From Balanoglossus misakiensis (taxonomy: Eukaryota; Animalia; Hemichordata), in assembly GCA_040954595.2 (NCBI GenBank), contig CM082591.2, forward strand, positions 6,160,266 to 6,224,265: 64,000 nt of DNA, written 5' to 3'. Position numbers and translations under genes: made by a program. Under the pieces are notes generated by a model. That model did no database searches and was not told the DNA's origin. It was given only the letters and a program-made list of their open reading frames with translations. This document shows positions 25,193 to 38,126 of this stretch, piece by piece (position 1 is the stretch's first letter; every line of letters begins with the position of its first letter).

Positions 25193-25510
25193 TTCAGCAG
25201 TTGAAATCTTGATAAAAGCTTTGAAAAGACAGTGAGATTAAATATAGTGATGAGTTAAGTAATTTCGTTCTCTGAAATATTGAAATTGTGTTTATGCCCT
25301 CTGTGAGCATTCTTATCAGGATTTTTATGAATATAAAATCACGTGGAATGGGCCTATGCAGTGCTAACTTAAATTCATCAGAAGTTGTCAACAATTTTAA
25401 AATTCATTAAAATCAAACAAAATTATAAACATGAGCAATTTATTCACACAATTAAAAAACTAATCGTGGTGCACTATCTTATTTGTCTAATAAATTTGAC
25501 GAATTCTTAG

Positions 25511-25661
25511 GTTGATTCGAAAGCCATGCAGCGAACCAAAATACCAAGTTGGAGATTGGGTGTACGCAAAGCCGTATTACAGAATCACGCAATACCTCAT
25601 CGGCATTTGTGTTGGATATTTGTTGTACATGCTGAAAGGGAAGGAGGTCAAGATCCCTCGA
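25511..25661 (+). pseudogene. Isolated exon of an NRF-6/O-acyltransferase-like (acyltransferase-3) gene
   Basis: ttag|...|gtatg bounds the peptide DWVYAKPYYRITQYLIGICVGYLLYMLKGKEVKIPR, which resembles the YxKPxxRxxxYxxGxxxGY segment of NRF-6-like proteins. No other exons were recognised nearby. Confidence 0.6.
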
Positions 25662-27497
25662 GTATGTATTGCCAAATGTATTTATAAAGTGCTAACACAT
25701 TAAAGCTCTTTCTAGAAATTTTATTTTGTTTTTATCAAACTTTGTGTGAAGTACTGAAAGTGTTAGTTCTGAGAATATACATTGTATCTACACTATCAAC
25801 AGCCGGTAAATAAAATTCACCAAAAAAAAACGCGGGTGTCAGTTGTAAACTGACGCTCGAGTTTTTCATTTCCTCCAGGGTTTAGTATCCTACAATAGGA
25901 GTCTGCCGTGGGGCAGTGCGTCAAGGATCGACACAACTCACAGCATGCATTGAAATGAATGGTGTTCAGTCACTATTTTAATTAACTTCGAATCTTCTAA
26001 TTCATAAAACGTATATAAACTGTTTTGGACGAATTTCATATGGTATGTTTCTTATCGTATACCGTTATCGTCAGTTAAGTACCTAGATGGTCAAAGTTCA
26101 ATAGAAGAGTTCAATACTTCAATGTCAAACGTAAAAGGATCTCATGTTATCTGACGATACAAGTCAATGATGAGAAGCATACAAGATGAAAATCAGTGCC
26201 TACAGTGGCTGACCATGGAACTGAAAGGCGTTGAAGAAGTATACAACAGAAGCGTGCAGAGTACTATCACGTCACATGCTACATGTAGATATTGAATTCC
26301 TGGCTAAGTATAATTTACCAGCACCGTGACTCGGGGCCAGTCAACAGTCAACAAAAAAAACTAATCTACTTCTTGCAAGCTGTGTCGAAATTCTATGTAA
26401 GCAGAAGTATGTAAGTATTGATAAGTCACGTGGACCTCTCCATTCAAATAACATAAGACAGCCAACTACATTTCAGTTTTCTGTTTCCGAGTGCAACATA
26501 CAAGTAAGTTGTACACAGAATGTCCGTCTGACATGTTCAATGTCACTACCACAGTCTAGAGATTCACAATGTGTCATCGGCACTGTTTGATCTGTGAAGG
26601 CATATGGATTTTTAATATTAGCAACATTGTAGAAAAGCAAGGGATATACACGCAAGCCTCCCTTTAGGCATCATCAAAGAACTTCCGACTTTACAGCAGG
26701 CATTTGAAATAGCTTGACATGCAATATCTTTTGAAAATCTTTACAATAAATGATCTTGAACAGTTGAAACGTGCTTAAGATGATTAAAGTTTTGAGGCTT
26801 GTTTGCCAATGAATCTAATACATGTAGTTGTCATGACAAATATGATAGAATCATTTCATGTCATTCGTTGGTCGTGTTAAATTTTATCATCGGGCCCATT
26901 TCATAATAGTACCATGTTAAAGGTTACTATCAACATGTCAACTTTTACGATTACAGTTTCCTTGTATTATTGAAGAAAGCAGGCACATATTGAAATTACA
27001 CTAAATGTTACACTTGAAAGAAATTATATAATAGACGTCAGCCTTGACCATTCCCTGTCCAATGACGTCATGACCACGCTTCGTACCTGAAAATAAAATA
27101 CAAAATTGCAATCTGAGAAAGTGTTCGTAAATGTGTGCTGTGCATCATGTAAATTTATCTTTTAAACGACTTTGTAACAGTAAGGAAATCATGTCTGGGG
27201 CTCCTGCAAGCTCAATAATGTTAACATTTAAATTTAAAATCAAATAATTGATAAAATCGTGTGCACATGTTGCCAGTGTTTCCAGGTGCCCATCTCATAA
27301 AGTGAAACTAATTCTCAGAAAAAAAATTTAATACACAATTTAAGACACAATATTTAAAATGAGATGATTTGCAAGTAGGTCTAGTTAGTCTTTGCATTTC
27401 AAACAAGCAAATAAAATTAAAAGTAAATAAATATGAGCGACTGCCCACCTGTTATTCCCTATTATCAAAATATAATTATTTAAATGGAATAATTACC

Positions 27498-30400
27498 TCA
27501 GTTGATGAACGACACTGACGTCATACATCGACTGTTGGCTATCTCGCCCACCCAGCTGGATTGGTACTGTGACCGTTGCCAGAGTCCGCAAGTTCCTCCA
27601 ATACCAATGAGCCTACCGTCGCCATTAACGGATATGTCACTGGCTTCGCCCTTATTGTCTACCTTGGACCAGCTTCCTTGTACACCGCCACGTATCCATA
27701 TTTTCCCGTCCATGCCCACACCTAGCAGTTGGCCACTTGGAAGGGGTGATATAGACCGGACGCAGCAACTGGAATCTGCGGGACCACTCCATGTCCCCTC
27801 GACACCAGGACGCGTCCTTAACCAATTTCCCTCACCAATACCAACGATTGTACCATCTGGCAGAGCAGTGATGTCTATCACGCAGCAGCTGTCGTATGCA
27901 GGTCCTACCCATGCGGCGGTTTCACTGGTTTTAGTATAAAGCTCGTTATCAGTACCAACACCAACTATTGTACCATCCGCAAGGACAGTGAGGGCGATCA
28001 TGCAACAAGAGTCCGGGAGAGGCCCAGTCCATGTCCCTTCAATATCTTCACGTTTATATATCAGTTGGTCTGTTCCAACCCCATACATCGGTTCAGCTGT
28101 GAATTAATACACAACTAAATGAATATCCGTAACATGGCAAACCTGATACTCGGTTATTGTTTAATGTCTTGTTTTCTCGATTCTTAGGGCTAGGATCAAA
28201 TGGTGCTTCTTCTTGCTGATGTGAATCTCTGTATTACACAACCGTGTTGCATGACACGTGTCACTGAAATCCCTTATCTACTTACCACTCCTGCAGGAAG
28301 TAAACGGTACACAACCAGGGCCAACCTGGTCGTTTGGTCCATACCAAAACCAGTTACTGTGTGCTGTCGGTGACACTTCGACGCAGATATGAGTGAAACT
28401 ATCGCAATTTACTTGGGACAGGTCAAAACTTGTCGTGATCGCAAAGTTGATAAGCGCATTTGTTCGATCCGCTGGCAAGTTTGCTTCAACTCTGTCACCG
28501 TTGGTCGAACCGGTCAAGAACGCATTGACTTTCAACAGATCCATGGTGATTGTAACTGACAGATCGAAATCATTCGGTACTCCCATAACAACATCAACTG
28601 TTCCGCTAACTTGCAATGGGCTCTGAGTTTCCGGGGCCACTTGAACTAGATGAAAGGAATATAGGAGTTAACACAGAGAAATTCCACCAGGAAAACAACT
28701 GCGATAACTTCTTAGCTTCCATATTTCAAAATTCAAAATTTCCACCAAACAAAGAACAAAAATGTGCAAAAGTGCAACAATTTCTTTAAGCCTACCGATA
28801 CAGGTTCCATTCACAGCCAGACAACCGGAAAGAACGTCGCCTCCAGACCATTTCCATGGAAACACGGAGTTACCACCAGGGAATACACCAATGCAGATAA
28901 ACTTGACGTCGTCACAACCGATATCAACCAAGTCTGTTTCCATGAAAGTAACGTTATACATGGATATTGATATGTTCGGTGAGATAGACAAGGTACCGGA
29001 AGTGACGTTGGTTGGTGGAGAAGTCACAAGAGCTGGGTCTTCCTCGGTAGTTTTCAGGTTCAAATTCATGCCGAATACATGGTTAATTTCACTGGAGAAC
29101 TGTGCTGTGTCCGGTCCAATCGCTATGCTAACGTCAAGGGAAAAGCGTTTCGATGAACCCATGACGAGGTCAGCATTACTATTGGAACTAACACTCACAT
29201 CGAGAGATAGTCCGTCGATTTGATCTGAAGGGAATAAGAAAGCTAAACGTATATTTGATGATCTAGTAAACGTATATCTGCCAGCTTCATGTTCCATCGA
29301 CAATCAATTTAAACATGTGCATCTGATACAAATGCACTGCAGAATGCTACATGTTCGAGTTGTATATCTACAAGGATACGCACGAGAAAAATTACCCAGA
29401 AATAGTTGCATCTCTGAAGCTCTGATTACGAATAGAAACCATAATTTTAATTCTAACTCACGTGTACAAGTCGTCACCTGAACACAGTTTGTGATGCACC
29501 AGTCTTCGTAAAGCCACAAAAAGGGGGCGTCCTTCATAGGAGAAATGTCGGCGCATACATACGGGTACATTGCACAGCCCATATCACGGAGGTCGTAGGT
29601 TGCCGTCAGGTTTTCCATGTTCACGTTTGAATTTGGAAGAATGACGGCCATTGTTGGAGAGATATGATCAGCTAATACTTTCTTCGAGTGTGGATGCCCT
29701 GTTGCATTGGCGGAGAAGTAGAGCTGAACGTCGAATAAGATATCCTCCATACTTGTGTAGTTTCCCGTATCATTTCCGAGGTACAAATCAACACCAATGC
29801 ATAACAACTGTGATGTTCCCATGGTTACGTTTATGTCTGCAAACAGTTGCATATCAATTGGATCAATGGGGTCTGTGAAGAAGAGATGAAAAACCATTAT
29901 GTATGAACATGGCATTGTGCATTGAAAACTTCCTGGAAATGGGTTATCCATGATTCTTAAGGCGGTACATTGCATGTAATGAGTATTCAAAGTTCCGACT
30001 GATAGCTTACGTGTTTCTTAACCTGTAAAATAGAGTCACGCAAGTGTTGATACGGTACAAAAACGTCACAAATGTCATGACATCAATCTAATGTTTGATA
30101 GGGGCTGTGGGAACGCCAAGACCTAATCATCATTATTGAACTTATATACTCACAGAGACAATCTCCTATCTTTACACAGGCAGTTCTCTTCACGTCGCCT
30201 GTCCACTGCCAAACTTCTGTGTCAACTGGATAAATCTCAACACAAATGAAGTTGTAGTGGTTGCACGGTATAGGATCTAAGTTGGCCTGAACATCTACTA
30301 GCACAGCCATATGATTAGAAAGTGTGACGTCATGTCCGGGTACAACAGCTGTTGTCCTGTGGGTCTGCGTTGCCCCCTCATCTCCTAGTGTTACGAGCGC

Positions 30401-31621
30401 TGACGTTTCTGTTGTATTGACATGCACGCCGGTTGTTTGGTCTGCACCACTGGAAGTCCCAGTTGCCATTGTTGTATTACCCAGAGAGCTATTCGTGGGA
30501 GCAGTCTCTTGGGAAGCTGTCGACGAAACCAAGTCACCCCCAGCCCCGCTGACGTCAGAAACAGCCAGGAAAGCGTTGATTGAAAACAAATCCGCTGCAG
30601 TGCCCTCTACTGTTCGGCTGGCGTAAACGATCGGCAGTTCAATGTTCAAATGGAAGTCAATCTGCCGACCTTGCACAACATCCGGGATATAATCAGGGTG
30701 GACGCGGAGGGTTGGAGTCGCACTGATCAATGCTTCCGAAAGAGAAAGAGATTTAACCACGTCATTTTGTGCTAGTGTCTATTTTAGGGTTAATAATTAA
30801 TGTTAGCAAAGGCAACGTGAGATGGGTAGTTTATATAGCTGTTGTTACAAAATTGCAGCCATTGGTGTTACTAACATGTCAAGTATCGTGTGATAAGGAA
30901 CAGTGGCTAAAACTGGCCTACTAAGAAGAAGCAAAAAGACCAAGGGCAGATGGAAGCCAATCCATTTATATACGCACACGTATCTGCCATCGATGCCAAC
31001 TAACAGCAACTATAGCGTTTATTTACCTACTCGCACACAGTGTTATTTTTGTTTAAATACATATTATAACTGGCAAATAATTGAAAATCCAACAGAATAC
31101 TGTAGAATTTTGTTCTGCACATTTATTGAAACACTCTGATCATTTTGACCATGACAATACTTTTGGTATGTTTAATTAGAAAAGGAGATTATGTTATCAA
31201 TTACCTGGACTCGACGGTTGTGGTGTATGCAATGGCATGGGCGTAGTCTCAGGATTTCCAACGGACTGTCCCTTTCCACCAAGGCCGAACATTTCCTCTT
31301 AAGAAGGAATCAACATAAGCATGTACTCAAATTGCCTAACTAGGTTAGTATGAATACATACGAATATTTATAAGTTAACGTGTGATTAAAGATGTTTGCA
31401 TATTTCGAAGAGCAATACATTTTTACCCGCCTGCAAGAAAACTTGATAAAGGGAAGAAATTAAATGGTTGTTCTCTATTAAATCGTGATTGAGATGGACC
31501 AAAAATACATACCAGAAAATAGTCCAACCGCAGCACCACCACCAGCGAGTATCAGCCCCGCGGTGAGAAGGACTCCGATGATAACCTTCCGCCGCCGTTT
31601 TTGGCCCGTCTTGACATCGGT
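27498..31621 (-). CDS. Paralogue B: same membrane anchor and 4 stalk domains, ending in a tectonin/tachylectin-like beta-propeller; start codon unresolved
   Basis: Upstream exons match paralogue A at +16569. Exon 28645-28286 splices in frame (G|CT GAA CCG ATG) to the terminal exon 28096-27498, which has about 5 repeats of ~38 aa with the pattern G(T)IVG(V/I)GxDxxLYxRxxxxGxWxGPxxxSCCVxxI. Confidence 0.78.
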
Positions 31622-32101
31622 CTGTGAAGCAAACCAAATATATATATTGTGACGTTCCCGCCTTTGAAAACCGGTAGCGCAGACGGACCAGCTCTCTCCA
31701 CACACGGCAGTCGGAACTCGCCGGAAAGCAAACGTCTCGTCGAAGATATCGGCCCACACCGAACTGCTACGGCGAACACGACTTAGATCTCGCGATCGGT
31801 GACCCGGGGCTGGCTATCCGGTAGGGATTAAACCGGACTAATCAGGAAACGTTGCACAGAGCCGAAACTTGGGGCTAACACGTGACCCAGAACGCACTTC
31901 TGATTGGTGTAGAACCCACGAAGGGCAAGATGGGGAAACCCCTCCATCCGTGTCACTCATACAAGACAGCCCAGTAACGGTCACCATGGCAACACCACCA
32001 CGAAAGTGAAGCCATACAAAACACCATGCAGAATAATAAATCACATGGAATAGCAATTCAATAACAATAGGGAGAGAGGGAGGGAGAGAGAGGATTGAGA
32101 G

Positions 32102-32139
<38 letters not shown>

Positions 32140-35100
32140 GAGGAGAGACAGAGAGAGAGGGGAGGGAGAGAGAGAAAGAAGAGAGAGAGGAGGGAGAGAT
32201 TATGCGTGTCGCTCGGCAACACTTGGTTTGAAAGGCGGTCGTCGTCTAGTCTGCGGCTGTTGGTATGGGTCGCATGTGACACACTTTCTAGCAGGACTTT
32301 TCTTACATGGGCGTACAATCTAACTGCTGCAGTGTCCAAATTGAAAGCAATATGTTTGGCACTTTGGTATTACAGTGTACATCACGGCAAACAATTTGTC
32401 GATTAGTCATCACATTCCAAGTTCATTTGATTGACATATTGGTTAGCAAGATCTCCCTGAACACTGAGAACAAGACATGAATATGACAGCTATAACATGA
32501 AAGGAATCCACACTCTGAGGTCTTATCACAAGCCCAATGTGGTCTAAACATTATGCATCACTGTATACATGTAGACAAAAGTTGTCTCAACATTGAATAA
32601 CTGGGTAGCGACCATAAATTGATTCCCTGAATGTTCACTCTTGTCCGTTGTACACGATGTAGAGATTGAGTACAGTTTACAAGTATTTCAGCATGTTTCA
32701 AGCAGTAAAACACCATGAAAAGCTTTTCATTTTAAACAAAATTCTCTTTAAGGTTGAAATTACTCGTGATGACTCTTTTGCTCCGACTGAATTAGCTTGA
32801 CGTAAGCTATTAAATTCTTTCAGAAATTGTTTTGACTGAACGATGAAAACTGCCTTATTAATACTGCACAATTGTTACAAGAAATTTCTCAAGTTTGGAC
32901 TTCCCATCAGGTCGACGTCATCCTAAATCCGAAGATAGCTGTTTGTTTACCACGGCAAAAAACTTCATATCAAACATTCATATCATGCAGTTATTACAGC
33001 CAGATGGTAAGCGGCTACAATTCCACGTTTCAAGTCCATAATCGCCCTTTCCCCTTACCTTATCCCTAAATGGCGCCACTTTATTGTTTTTCATCTCGGA
33101 GGTGAAATAACTTCAGTTTCGTCCCCTTCCTTTCTATCACAGTACTTCACTTTCGGTGAGCGTCTCTGACTTGGGTCGACGTCGGCAAGTCTCGCGAAAT
33201 CCAACAAGTGAATCTAGTTTTGTTCTCTGTTCTCAAAGTGACACGCAGCACATTCTGAATATTGCAAAGACTTGGAATGTTTTGAGGGCTATTATGTTTT
33301 TTGTCTGTCACCGACGGTCATACCACTTTGAACACAGGAAAAATAACTTTGGGCAGAAAAACGTAGCTAGGCAACACAAATTTAGTTTAGAATGGTATAA
33401 AACGTTCATTGTTCAGGTAAAATTATCTTAGTGGGAACCGATGGAACACTATTCACCATTTTACGAAAGAACATAGCCCAGTGTGTCGTATTTCAATTGA
33501 GATTACAACCATAATACATATATCCTGTCCTAAGGTAATTGAATAGTTTAATAATATAATCCGCTCCGACGAATAAGAGGATTGAAGGTGTACCGGTTCA
33601 TTATTTTCCACTTTGTTCTTAGGTTATAGCTGCACACCATGCAAGAAGGTTTGCTTTCATGGGACCACATGGTTTGAAAGGGTGTTAAAAGTTTGCCACA
33701 GGCCTGCCTACTCAAGTTGCTCGCTTCATTTTGCTCCGGTGTTCTTATATGAGCGAGCCGCATTCTCTATAAGTTGGCAATTGAAATTTTTAATACATTT
33801 TCTAATACCCCCTCCCCCGGAATCTTCCTTCCATGCTTACTGGAGTAATATTGCCTGATGATGACGACAATGCATGCATGCATACATGTACATGCATGCA
33901 TGCGTGCGTGCGTGCGTACGTCCGTACGTACGTACATGAGAGCAATGCCGTGAATTCAGCTTTTCTATTATCAGTGGTCGCGCTTGTTTTTTTATTTCCC
34001 GAGTCTCTGGGAACGCAATGAAACCACAAATTGCGTCCTCTGCTCTTTTGAGTGCATCTTTACCTCATTTGCATATCTTGATTAGGTTGTTGGTCCGCCT
34101 AATTGTCTCAAAATGTAACCTTTGAGTATTTGATAAAAACAATTGCAACATTTTGGTCAATAATCGTTTGACATTCTGTAGTCATGTGACAAAAAGAATC
34201 AAAACACACCGAGAACTGGAATAGAATTTCACAACTTATGCAAGATGCTTTTGTGTGAGATTATACTGGTCTCAAAACGCTGGTTGTCGGCATGTTGGTC
34301 CCAGACACAGTCCCTCAAGAAAGGGTTTCCCGACCGTCTCTCTTGAGGGACTGTGTCCCAGAGTATGTCATCGCAGAACGTTGAACTTTGACCCGTACCT
34401 ATCACCGGCCACGCTTCCGCCATTCTTGAAATTCGCGAGAGGCGTATATTGTCCAACAGGCACTACAGCATTGTCTGTCTGTAATGGGGGGTTACTTGAA
34501 AGAATTGCTAACAAGGGGAAATCGCTCTTCTGTGGCAAACGCACAGCCATCTTGGGTGCAGCCCCCGCTTTGTGATAGAGCGCAGAGGGAATGTGATTTA
34601 CCAGTTCGTAGGCGAACTGTCAGAACGGCCCGCACAACAACAGACACCTGTTGCCGGTCGCTCGGCAGGAAGAGCGATTCGCGACTCAGTATGGCTTTGA
34701 CGGGGTAGATGACCTTGTCACACCACGTCCCACGCTCTTGAAGGACAGTATTCCGCCGACCGACATTCTCCGAAATCAAACCTTGACTACACGCCCAAAC
34801 GCACGCGGTTATCAATGATACCAAAGTGTGGTCGCCTTCAGACCTCTATAAAAATCAATGTTCAGCATGGTCTCGCCGCATTCACGGTCAACAAATTTGC
34901 TTCCAAATAAACAATAGACAAAAATGTGTTTACATGCCCATGTGAGCAAAGGTAGCCTTTAAGTAAAGCAGCCTAACCACACAGACCATACAATATATTT
35001 AGGTTAGTTTTATTGAACTTCGTTTGAAATAGCTCTATTGGTCTTGTCGATAATGTGACGTCGACCTGAATGTTCGCTATGCGTGCTACGCTAATTGCCC

Positions 35101-35160
35101 AGTACAACATGTACACACACTGCGTTGTAGTCGAAAGTCTTTTCCGGCAGGTTTGTTGAA
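28260..35160. repeat. Segmental duplication, copy 2
   Basis: Matches 11640-19870 but lacks both MITEs and the long (ACAT)n tract. Confidence 0.95.
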
Positions 35161-35280
35161 TTTAGTCAATACACACATCCCGAGTTGTATATTCCGTGTA
35201 TGCGAGTTCTTGGTAGACCCTCCTTGAGGCATTAAGTTAATTACCTCGTTCCGCTTAACCGAGAGAGTATTCAAATTAGG

Positions 35281-35493
35281 AAGGGAGATACATTTGGTTT
35301 CTGGGAGTGGGATCAATATATTTGGGAAAACATACTTGGCTGACGGTTCGCAGGAAAAATGTGCAATGTTTTAAGAAAAAGATAAGGCTGGCAATCGAAA
35401 AGATTTTTTTTGGTAAAAAGTGACAAAAATATTTCTGAAATACACATTAAATATTACCCCCCCCCCCCACCTCAGAAATCAGATGCTTATCCC
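35281..35493. mobile_element. Degenerate MITE-like element
   Basis: Imperfect inverted ends AGGGAGATACATTTGGTTTCTGGGAGTGGG / CCCCACCTCAGAAATCAGATGCTTATCCCT. Confidence 0.4.
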
Positions 35494-35665
35494 TAAATGT
35501 CTTCACTCTGAAGTCCCTTCTTCCGGTCAATTTCGTCGAAACCGGACGTGCTCTGTTTGGGGATTCCAATACACGCTCATCCGTATCAGATAATGGTCAT
35601 CCGCGGCCGGTCCTTATTGGTGTACCCGTGAACGTATTGTGTCGACATCCGGGACCTGTTTTCAA

Positions 35666-35732
35666 TATAAAGCGGCCGCTTTCGCCAGATTTTTCATTGT
35701 ACAGACAGACGACCATCCACTGAAAACTTCAG
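35666..35732 (+). promoter_or_regulatory. Putative TATA box and short non-coding first exon of MMP-A
   Basis: TATAAA at 35666-35671, CCAAT/ATTGG upstream, strong donor CAG|GTAAGT at 35732, and acceptor ttgcag| at about 36353 just before the ATG. Confidence 0.55.
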
Positions 35733-36384
35733 GTAAGTATAGGTCATACTAGTATATGCCGAGCATTGATTTTCTTGCTGAATGCGCCTGCTGTACTTAT
35801 TAAACGTTTTGAAGCCCCGTTAGCTGTATCTTTTCGCTATATTTTCAGCGCGCAGTTTTGTTTTGTGTATCAACTAAAGTTTCTTGTTCAAATTCCTGAA
35901 CATGATGAAATGTCCAGCATTCAGATTATCAAAACAACATATATTTTTATAGTCAGCATTGTTATTGCGCCAAAATTTGAATTCAAGTCCGGACTAGAAT
36001 TCATTTGCCGACAATAACAATGGCCGTCATACACGTACAGGCTATGTTGACAAGTTGGGTACCGGGGATATTAGCACGTTGTTTGGGAGTAGAACAAGCT
36101 TGTATTTGGTACACAAATCAAAAAACAGTGAGAAAAAAACAAAGTTACAGCTAATGTCCGTTTAATTACTGTCGAAAGCAAATATTGGCAACACTGCAAA
36201 TGCTCTTGTGTTCCGGGTGTGCTGTCGAATGTGAAATACTTAATCTGCAGATGTCATTTCTGATTTTCGACGGTGGGGCAAACTTCCAATAATAGCTCCA
36301 ACCCCTTTGACCATCTGGAACCATACCATATACTGAATTTCATTCTTATTGCAGGAAATATTCGAAATACGCTGGCAAGGGAAT

Positions 36385-38057
36385 ATGAAACGAACGGGGC
36401 TCATATTTATGGTTTGCTGTGTTTTCACTCAGCTGACTGTGGAATCGAGGCCAATGGATCCAATGGTAAGCATAGTTAATGGAAAAGGGCAGCGAGAGAG
36501 AGAGAGAGAGAGAGAGAGATTTTGTCCCTTTAATATGAAATGAAGTACACACTCGAACATCACGACTATGACTACGATTTGTCTGTCTTAGGTTTGTCTT
36601 CAGTTGATACAGCTAATACATTGTAATTATTCCCTCAGCAATCGCCAGTGCATTATGACAATACTAATCTTGAACCATCTTTGCCAAAGATCCCCCACAG
36701 GTTAAATATTCTCCCCATAACTCAACGCGTACAAAAGTGGACATTTCGGTAACCCTTCCCAATTTCCCAGACAGAAATGTACCGAATTCTCTTCAAATCT
36801 ATCTTCCACAGAACTATCTCACGTCGTTCGGGTACCTGCCAACAAATCAAATACACAGCGATCGTGACATGCGCGATGCCGTGATGAACTTTCAACTCAT
36901 GGCCAACGTGGAGATGACCGGCGAATTGGACAGCGCCACCATGGAGATGATGGCGAAGCCTCGTTGTGGTGTAGAAGACATGATTGGCTCAGCAGTGATG
37001 GGAACGCGTATGAACGACACTGACAACTCCATGTTTATGTCTCGTCACAAGAGGTACGCCCTAGGTGAGCAACAGACAGTCTATGCTTCTTCGTTAAAGT
37101 TTCTACTGCGAAAATACTGGTATAGTCTTGCTGTAAAAATACATGTATATAGAAGGCTCAAATGTACAGTGCACCGTGACCGATACCTGGGTCATGCATG
37201 ATTAGTCTCTTGTCTACAACAGAACAGTGAACATCCTGTTTTCTTCGTATTCTTCAAAATGGCCGCTCACACAATTTAACACAGCAAAGATTTGAATGGT
37301 TTTGAGAACTATCATTTTCCCTGACAATCTGTCAAATACTACCCCAACTGAACCCCTGTCGTGTGCTACCTTCTTTCCTAGGTACCATGTGGAGCAAAAC
37401 AGACCTGACGTATTCGTTTGTGAGTTTCACCGACGATTTGTCCATCGCCGACCAGAAAGGCGCCATTGCGCGGGCTTTCAAACATTGGAGTGACGTCACA
37501 CCGCTGACGTTCACTGAAGTACCAGATAGCAACGGCGACATTTTGATAGAATTTGCAGACGACATCCATAGTGACGGTATACATGCACGCTTTGATGGAC
37601 CCGGTAAGACTGATTACTTGAATATCAAACTTTATTCACACTTTATAAAATCAAACATTAAAAGACACTTTATGTAAAAAAAAACTATTTACTTTATACT
37701 TACTAGTATTACCGTTATATTTCTTCAGGTGGCGTTTTGGCGCATGCGTACTTCCCCGAATCAGGCGACGCTCACTTTGATGATGCGGAAACATTTACAG
37801 TGGACTCCTATGAGGGCATCAATCTTGACTTCGTAGCAGCCCACGAGTTCGGCCATAGTCTCGGACTTGCCCACTCTTCCGTTCCTGGTGCCCTGATGGC
37901 GCCCTTCTATCGTGGATATGATCCCGATTTTACTCTACCACAGGATGACATCTCTGGAATCCAAGCCCTCTATGGTATGTTCCTTTCTTTATCGATTAAT
38001 ATTTCCAGTCTCTGTCTTTGCCTCTGTTTGTCTGTCTCCCCCCCCCTCCCTCCCTCC

Positions 38058-38126
<69 letters not shown>

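Noticed and set aside
17824-25235. Long MYVC/HTYI-repeat ORFs
   Set aside because: They are translations of (ACAT)n microsatellites, open in all frames only because the repeat has no stop codons.
26473-27087. Possible extra minus-strand exons downstream of the propeller exon
   Set aside because: There is an acceptor-like site at about 27087 and a short ORF, but no recognisable protein, and the propeller exon already has its own stop codon.
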